42,828 nt of DNA. Source: an uncultured Pseudomonadota bacterium (GTDB taxonomy: Bacteria > BMS3Abin14). Positions 36,846 through 42,828 of the stretch are shown in pieces. The notes below the pieces were generated by a model. That model worked only from the letters and a program-made list of their open reading frames with translations. It was not told where the DNA came from and did not search any database. The stretch lies in contig CAYVSA010000010.1 in the NCBI GenBank assembly GCA_964454175.1, positions 1-42,828 on the forward strand, in the 5' to 3' direction. The position numbers were made by a program, and so were the translations under genes. Each line of letters opens with the position of its first letter. Position 1 is the first letter of the stretch.

Positions 36846-37469
36846 ATGCTTTTTGAACATCTTGAAGTGGGTCCGCTCCAGTCAAACTGCTTCATTATTG
36901 CAGACGACGGCGGTACCGAGGCTGTTATAATTGATCCGGGAGGAGACGGGTCCAGGATACTTGATCTCCTGGAAGCAAAGTCGTGGAAGGCGGTGATGGT
37001 ATTAAACACCCACGCGCACTTTGACCACATGGCAGCGAACCAGGAGGTGTTAAAGGCAACAGGTGCCCGGCTGGCAGTCCCGCGACTGGATGCTCCCATG
37101 ATGGGAGAGACGATCATGCAGGCAAAACTGTATGGACTTTCCGTGGAGCCGTCACCTGAACCGGATATCATGCTGGAAGATGGAGATACATTGGAACTGG
37201 GCGGCGAAATGATCGAGGTCCTCGCGACCCCGGGGCACAGCCCGGGCGGGGTTGCCTTCAAAACACCCCTGGGTGTTTTCTGCGGCGATGCCCTGTTTGC
37301 GGGGTCCATCGGGCGAACGGACTTGCCAGGGGGTGATTTCGAAACACTTATCAGGTCCATAAAGGAAAAACTCCTCGTACTTCCTGACGAAACTGAAGTT
37401 TTCCCCGGACACGGTCCGCCCACAACCATAGGCCGTGAGAAGCTCTACAACCCATTTTTGCAGGGGTAG
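36846..37469 (+). CDS. MBL-fold metallo-hydrolase (YcbL/glyoxalase II-like)
   Basis: VGPLQSNC, THAHFDH, TPGHSPG, GDALFAGSIGRTD, PGHG. Confidence 0.92.
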   Translation: MLFEHLEVGPLQSNCFIIADDGGTEAVIIDPGGDGSRILDLLEAKSWKAVMVLNTHAHFDHMAANQEVLKATGARLAVPRLDAPMMGETIMQAKLYGLSVEPSPEPDIMLEDGDTLELGGEMIEVLATPGHSPGGVAFKTPLGVFCGDALFAGSIGRTDLPGGDFETLIRSIKEKLLVLPDETEVFPGHGPPTTIGREKLYNPFLQG

Positions 37470-37476
37470 TACTTTT

Positions 37477-37604
37477 CAGGTTCCACGTTCCATGAACCCG
37501 GTTTCATGTTGATAAAATAGTTAAGAAATGCGACTATTTACGAAGATATATTAAGCCATAACATTAGTACCAATCAGGAACCTGGAACTTGAAACCGGGA
37601 CTCG
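37477..37604. repeat. Inverted pair of heptamer arrays flanking an AT-rich core
   Basis: CAGGTTC CACGTTC CATGAAC CCGGTTT CATGTTG (37477-37511) versus GGAACCT GGAACTT GAAACCG GGACTCG (37577-37604); perfect inverted CCCGGTTTCA/TGAAACCGGG. Confidence 0.8.
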
Positions 37605-37619
37605 GAAAAGGTCGAAACC

Positions 37620-38846
37620 ATGAGCCAAAAAGCGAATTTACAGGGCAAGCAGATCCTGCTCGGTGTTACAGGGGGGATCTCCGCCTACAAGAGCGCCGAA
37701 CTGATCAGGGAGTTTGTCAAAATGGGTGCCGAGGTCTCAGTTATAATGACCCGGAACGCGACACGATTCATAACACCTCTTACCATGGAGAGTCTCAGCA
37801 GGAACCCTGTGGGTCTGGACATGTTTTCCCTGACGGAGGAACGCACTATCAGCCATATAGATAGGGCTAAGTGGGCGGATATATTCCTTGTAGCTCCAGC
37901 GACTGCCAACTACCTGGCAAAAGCAGCTAACGGAGTGGCTGACGACCTGCTCTCCACCATATCCCTTGCGGTCAACTGCCCGGTGCTGGTGGCTCCCGCT
38001 ATGAACAGCGCAATGTGGAGCAATGCCGCCGTTCAGGACAACGTGCGAATTCTCAAGGAAAGAGGCATTAACGTGATCGACCCCGGTGTGGGTGAGCTTG
38101 CCTGCGGCGATGAGGGTGAGGGGAGACTTGCAGACCTTGGGGCTATCGTCAGTGAGGTTTCAGCTGTTCTGGACAGGTCAAATGACCTTGGAGCCGTTAA
38201 TATCCTTGTAACGGCTGGACCCACCAGAGAACCACTCGACCCTGTTCGCTTTGTCAGCAACCGCTCCAGCGGTAAGATGGGCTTCGCCATAGCCGCGGCT
38301 GCGGTATCAAGGGGAGCCAATGTAACACTGATCTCCGGTCCCGTCGCCATCCCGTGTCCTGTTGGAGTCAAGCAGCTGCGGGTTCGGACTGCACAGGAGA
38401 TGCTGGCTGTCACCACAAAAGCTTTGGAAGGGTGCAACTGGCTTATTATGGCTGCTGCAGTGGCTGATTTCAGCCCCGTGGAAGTACGACCGGACAAGAT
38501 TAAAAAGGCGGCATCCGATAACATTCACATCGAGATGGGACTTAATCCGGATATCCTGTTGGAGGTGGCGCCCCTTAAGGGCAGCAAGTTATTCGTGGGT
38601 TTTGCCGCCGAATCGGAGAATGTAGAAGATAATGCGTTCAGGAAACTCGTTGGAAAAGGCCTGGATCTGGTCGTTGCAAATGACATCACAGCTGAAGATG
38701 CCGGATTTGAAAGCGATGATAACCGGGCGGCTCTGATAGGCGAAAGTGGTGTTATCGAGCGGTTTCCATTGATGAGCAAACGTGAGCTTGCCGAAAGGAT
38801 CCTTGATCACTCCCTGAGCCGATGGCTTGCTAAAGAAAATGGATGA
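37620..38846 (+). CDS. coaBC: Bifunctional phosphopantothenoylcysteine decarboxylase/synthetase
   Basis: GVTGGISAYK, APAMN, LACG, TAGPTREPLDPVRFVSNRSSGKMG, GFAAE. Confidence 0.96.
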   Translation: MSQKANLQGKQILLGVTGGISAYKSAELIREFVKMGAEVSVIMTRNATRFITPLTMESLSRNPVGLDMFSLTEERTISHIDRAKWADIFLVAPATANYLAKAANGVADDLLSTISLAVNCPVLVAPAMNSAMWSNAAVQDNVRILKERGINVIDPGVGELACGDEGEGRLADLGAIVSEVSAVLDRSNDLGAVNILVTAGPTREPLDPVRFVSNRSSGKMGFAIAAAAVSRGANVTLISGPVAIPCPVGVKQLRVRTAQEMLAVTTKALEGCNWLIMAAAVADFSPVEVRPDKIKKAASDNIHIEMGLNPDILLEVAPLKGSKLFVGFAAESENVEDNAFRKLVGKGLDLVVANDITAEDAGFESDDNRAALIGESGVIERFPLMSKRELAERILDHSLSRWLAKENG

Positions 38847-39513
38847 TCTATACAAGCTGTACCTGGAAAGCATAGGGATCCATTACCTGCCCCATAATGG
38901 ATCTGAAAACACCAGGGCCTCTTCTGACGACCTTGCAGCCCCTTTCGAAACACTGGAAAGTCTCCTGGACTACATGGGGGACTGTCACCGATGTCCGCTT
39001 GGCAGCAGCAGGACCAGGCTGGTTTTCGGCGTGGGCAATCCAGGGGCGGATCTCGTTTTTGTCGGTGAGGCACCGGGGCATGATGAAGACCAGACTGGCG
39101 AACCATTTGTAGGAAAGGCAGGACAACTGCTGACAAAAATCATTGCGGCAATGGGCCTGTCGAGGGATGATGTCTACATCTGCAACGTATTGAAGTGCAG
39201 GCCGCCCGGCAACAGGGATCCATACCCGGAGGAAGTGTCCACTTGCAGGCCTTTTCTGGACAGGCAGCTGAGTATCCTGTCACCAGGGGCAATTGTCGCA
39301 CTGGGCAGTTTTGCGGCCCAAACCCTTCTGGAGACAGATGCCCGGATCTCAGCGCTAAGGGGCAGCTTCCACGATTTTCACGGGATCCCTCTTATGCCCA
39401 CATACCACCCATCCTACCTCCTTCGCAACTCGAACATGAAGGGCCACGTCTGGGAAGACATGAAAAAGGTTATGGGACACCTTGGTCTCAAAGCCGGCTC
39501 CGGGGAAGATTGA
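38839..39513 (+). CDS. Family-4 uracil-DNA glycosylase (4Fe-4S)
   Basis: [33 protein letters not shown]. Confidence 0.93.
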   Translation: MDDLYKLYLESIGIHYLPHNGSENTRASSDDLAAPFETLESLLDYMGDCHRCPLGSSRTRLVFGVGNPGADLVFVGEAPGHDEDQTGEPFVGKAGQLLTKIIAAMGLSRDDVYICNVLKCRPPGNRDPYPEEVSTCRPFLDRQLSILSPGAIVALGSFAAQTLLETDARISALRGSFHDFHGIPLMPTYHPSYLLRNSNMKGHVWEDMKKVMGHLGLKAGSGED

Positions 39514-39590
39514 TCAACGGACAAAAGGGCCTGATCGAAGTGTAGAGAAGCAGGCTAATCAAGATCCCTGCCCATGAGAGGTCTACCAGG

Positions 39591-42500
39591 TTGAAACGCC
39601 GCATAATCGCTCTATTTATTCTTCTGGTTGCAGCAGGTCTGACGGTCTCAATCGTCCTGCTTCGCAGCTCGTGGCTCGATGAGGTGATACTGAATTCCCT
39701 CAAGGGGGCGGCCAGGAGCCAGCTTGGGGTGCGCCTGGAGCTCAGATCTTTTTCCCGAGACATGTTTCTCACTCACTTCACACTTGAAGACGTGACGCTG
39801 AGCGATATCAGCGGCGAAACCGAAAGGCTTATTAAAACCAGACGCCTGGTTGTCACACTGGACCCCTTCGCTCCTCTGAGGGGCATCCTCGAAATTAAGG
39901 ACATTCGCCTGGAAGGACTTGATCTTGAGGTCGTTAAAAGCGTTGAGGGACGGTTTTCCGTAAAGCCGGTCTTTCCCTTCTGGGAGCGTGATAAAAAAAG
40001 GGAGAAGGGGCCAGCCGTGCCATTTGGCATTGTCATCGAGAACGTCACTCTTATGGACGTGGACCTCTCCTACTCTGATCTTCAGTCGGGCGTGGATTTT
40101 GACCTGGAAAAAGTCCTCATCAGTATTTCCAGGGGTCGTTTCGATCCGCCTGACAGCAGGAGGATATCTCTGGCATCGAGGGAGGGGAGCTTTGCCTGGA
40201 CGACATTTCCCGAGGGGCGCTCCGTAAGTGTCGACAGACTGAATATTGCCTTCATGTTCACTCCGGAAACGGTTCAGATCTCTGATTTCACACTCATCAG
40301 TGGACCTCTGGACGCCAGGATGTCCGGCAGTATGCCCCTCAGAGGCGGTGAACTGAAGGGTTCCCTCGAACTTGATGCGAACCTCGAAAAATTTCCATGG
40401 CTCCTTGGGGAAGGAAAGGGCACTGTGGTGATTACCGGAGGCGTGAAAGGATCGTTGAAGGATCCGCGATTCAAAGGATTGTTATCTGGTGATGGTGTCG
40501 TCCTGGCGGGCAGGAGGTTGGGAAGCGTCACAGCGGACATCGCATTAGACACTTCCGGAGGTACGCTCAGCAATCTTGTGGTCACCTACGGTGGTGAGCC
40601 GGTACTCGGTGAAATGAAGGTTGGATTTTCGAGAGGATTGCCTTTCACGGCCGGTGTGGACATTGAGCAGTATCCCATTGGGGCCATGCTGGAAGAGATC
40701 AATGCCAGGTCCGATCTTCTCAAGGGGACAGTTACTGCCCGCTGCAGGCTTTCAGGATACCTGACACCGTCCGCAGCAGGCGGCGCCGTTGAGCTCGACC
40801 TGACTGGAACTGCGAGGATCCCGGTATCCGGATCCCACGAAAGAGATTTCGAGTTCTCACTGGGGGGCAGGCTCAAGGACAATGTAGTTTCAATAGGAGC
40901 CATGACGGCAAATTCCGGGGCACTCCTGCTGGAGGCTTCAGGGCAGGTTGCTTCCGACGGGATAGACATGGTCCTGAATATGACTGAATTGGACCTGAGC
41001 ACCTGGCAGGAGATACTTTCTCTTGATGGGCTGGCCGGAGAGCTGCAGGTCAGAGGTACTCTGAAGGGAACACTGGATACGCCTGCAGCAGACATCGACC
41101 TGACATGGCAGAACGCCGGTGCCCTCAAATACACCTCCGATCTGATCAAGGCCAGCCTCGCGATAGACCTGAAGGGGGTCCGGACCAATCTGGCCTCGCT
41201 GAAAGTTGGGTCGAACAGCATTGCCCTCCAGGGGTTCATGCCATGGCAGTCCTCTTCGGGTAAAGGCTGGTGGATCATTGGTACTTCGGGGAGTTCAGTG
41301 GACGACCTGGTGCGTGCGGCGGGACTGGATCTTAACGCAACCGGAAAACTCACAATGCAGGTAGAGCTTTCAGGCAACGGAAGGACCTGGACATCTTCTG
41401 CAGATGGTGTTGTCCGCAACGGCTCGATAATCAACGAAGAATTCCAGGAGCTGAGGATCACGGCCCGCTACGATGCCGGGGGGTTTCACTTCGATCAGCT
41501 GGATATTGTAAAAGGCGGCGTGCTGGTGAGGGGCAGAGGCCATATAAAAGATAGAGAGTTCAGGGTTGAAGCGATCTCCGATGCCCCTGTTCCACTGGAT
41601 GAGGTCAATGCTCTGAGAAATTTGAGAGTCCCCCTTACGGGCGGAGTGTCCATCAAGGCCATCGGCACCGGGGGATTGGATGGGAAAAACATCAAGATCA
41701 ACGGATCGCTCCTGTGGGATCTCATCTTCTACCAGGGCAGATCCTGGAGGGGAGGCAAGTCTAACTTCAGCATCAACGGCCGCGATCTCTTTATGGAAGG
41801 CACCATGATGGGAGATCTGTTCCAGGTGGCAGTCCAGGTTAATCTGGGTGGTGAATTCCCATTTTCAGGGACATTGAAATCCAGTAATAAAGTCTTCAGG
41901 GAAGATATAAATGATTTTCTGGGCCTTAAGATCCCTCCTGATTATTCGGGTCAGATGTCCGCTGACCTCCGCGCTGAGGGTTTTCTGGCTGATCTTGACA
42001 AGACATTTATTGAGGGCCTTATGCTGGATGCCCGCCTGGATATGAAGGGGCTCAAGTTCGATGCGATCGGCGGCACACCCTTCGAATACAGACCTGAAAA
42101 CGGAATCAGCTTCACCAGGCTTAACCTCCGGTCCGGCGATTCCGAACTGAGCGGCAATATACGTATAGGGCCACCTGGTGTTATAGAGGGAAGCCTGGAA
42201 GGAGATGCCGATATCACTGGATTCCGTTACCTGGAACCCACCTTCGATAACTTTACCGGCCGGGCCGCCCTGCAGCTGAAGATCTCCGGACCGCTGGACG
42301 CGCCCGAGGTATCAGGATTTGTTGACGTAATGGAAACTTCCTGCGTTGCCCACATGCCATTCCCCCAGAAGATGACGGACCTTGCCGGGAGGATCGATCT
42401 GCTCAAGAACCGGATGAGAGTAAGTATGATCAGAGGTATTTCCGAGGGGGGCAATGTTGAGATGGACGGAGATATTACCTTTGAAGGTTTCAGGCCGATT

Positions 42501-42828
42501 AAAGGACGCGTTTCAGTCAGGGTTGATTCGGTCCCCGTAAGCTTTCCGGAAGGGCTTGACTCCACTGTACGTGGTGAGATTGTTTTCCGGTTCTCCGGGG
42601 GTAAAGGGGATCTCAGGGGACGAGTCCTGATGGAGGAAGGGAGATACCTGCGCGAGATCGACATAGATAATCTGCTGGCCCTTCTTCAGGAAAAGGATAT
42701 GTTTGTGTGGGACCAGTCCGACAGTGGGGGAGGTGGAGGCGACTGGCTCTCACTGGATGTAGAAATGGAAACACTGGATCCCCTTGATGTGGACATCAAG
42801 CTGGCGAGGGGCGAAGCGAGCGGAGCGC
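39591..42828 (+). CDS. TamB/AsmA-like bridge protein, 3'-truncated by window end
   Basis: TTG 39591 after GAGAGG, N-terminal anchor MKRRIIALFILLVAAGLTVSIVLL, Gly/hydrophobic beta-rich sequence; same frame reads LSLDVEMETLDPLDVDIKLARGEASG at the window end; missing from the ORF track, consistent with no stop in the window (ends checked, middle not translated in full). Confidence 0.8.
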   Translation, partial: MKRRIIALFILLVAAGLTVSIVLLRSSWLDEVILNSLKGAARSQLGVRLELRSFSRDMFLTHFTLEDVTLSDISGETERLIKTRRLVVTLDPFAPLRGILEIKDIRLEGLDLEVVKSVEGRFSVKPVFPFWERDKKREKGPAVPFGIVIENVTLMDVDLSYSDLQSGVDFDLEKVLISISRGRFDPPDSRRISLASREGSFAWTTFPEGRSVSVDRLNIAFMFTPETVQISDFTLISGPLDARMSGSMPLRGGELKGSLELDANLEKFPWLLGEGKGTVVITGGVKGSLKDPRFKGLLSGDGVVLAGRRLGSVTADIALDTSGGTLSNLVVTYGGEPVLGEMKVGFSRGLPFTAGVDIEQYPIGAMLEEINARSDLLKGTVTARCRLSGYLTPSAAGGAVELDLTGTARIPVSGSHERDFEFSLGGRLKDNVVSIGAMTANSGALLLEASGQVASDGIDMVLNMTELDLSTWQEILSLDGLAGELQVRGTLKGTLDTPAADIDLTWQNAGALKYTSDLIKASLAIDLKGVRTNLASLKVGSNSIALQGFMPWQSSSGKGWWIIGTSGSSVDDLVRAAGLDLNATGKLTMQVELSGNGRTWTSSADGVVRNGSIINEEFQELRITARYDAGGFHFDQLDIVKGGVLVRGRGHIKDREFRVEAISDAPVPLDEVNALRNLRVPLTGGVSIKAIGTGGLDGKNIKINGSLLWDLIFYQGRSWRGGKSNFSINGRDLFMEGTMMGDLFQVAVQVNLGGEFPFSGTLKSSNKVFREDINDFLGLKIPPDYSGQMSADLRAEGFLADLDKTFIEGLMLDARLDMKGLKFDAIGGTPFEYRPENGISFTRLNLRSGDSELSGNIRIGPPGVIEGSLEGDADITGFRYLEPTFDNFTGRAALQLKISGPLDAPEVSGFVDVMETSCVAHMPFPQKMTDLAGRIDLLKNRMRVSMIRGISEGGNVEMDGDITFEGFRPIKGRVSVRVDSVPVSFPEGLDSTVRGEIVFRFSGGKGDLRGRVLMEEGRYLREIDIDNLLALLQEKDMFVWDQSDSGGGGGDWLSLDVEMETLDPLDVDIKLARGEASGA

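Noticed and set aside
1470-42664. Numerous minus-strand and alternate-frame ORFs in the track (e.g. 1470-2261, 9120-9824, 24772-25491, 40586-41461)
   Set aside because: They lie within recognisable plus-strand genes and carry no motifs; only rpsT is a credible minus-strand gene

Overview
Gene-dense, almost entirely plus-strand bacterial chromosomal segment whose gene content and order resemble the former Deltaproteobacteria (Desulfobacterota/Myxococcota-like; inference). Order: a secreted redox gene that the ORF track splits into three pieces; DUF1844, TPR-membrane and DUF4388 genes; phoH, 7TM-HD hydrolase, ybeY, corC-like, lnt, prfB (programmed +1 frameshift); ribD, ribE, ribBA, ribH, nusB; an M17-N-domain protein and a metallophosphoesterase; a chemosensory cluster with no chemoreceptor (DUF4388, cheY, cheA, ExeA-like ATPase, cheW, Zn-finger pseudo-receiver, HEAT protein, cheR, cheB, GAF protein, cheY); leuS, lptE, holA, rpsT (minus strand), murJ, dtd, MBL hydrolase, coaBC, family-4 UDG and a TamB-like gene running off the window. 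Best finding: 162-1358 is one reading frame interrupted by two in-frame UGA codons, each exactly at a catalytic Cys position (DsbA-like U-P-F-C and peroxiredoxin P-A-A-F-T-P-V-U), the first followed by an fdhF-like SECIS hairpin. This predicts an exported DsbA-peroxiredoxin fusion with two selenocysteines. Second finding: a family of 7-bp-periodic repeat arrays, partly in inverted pairs, in five intergenic spacers. No rRNA, tRNA, CRISPR array or mobile element was recognised. All family calls are by eye from motifs; no database search was run.
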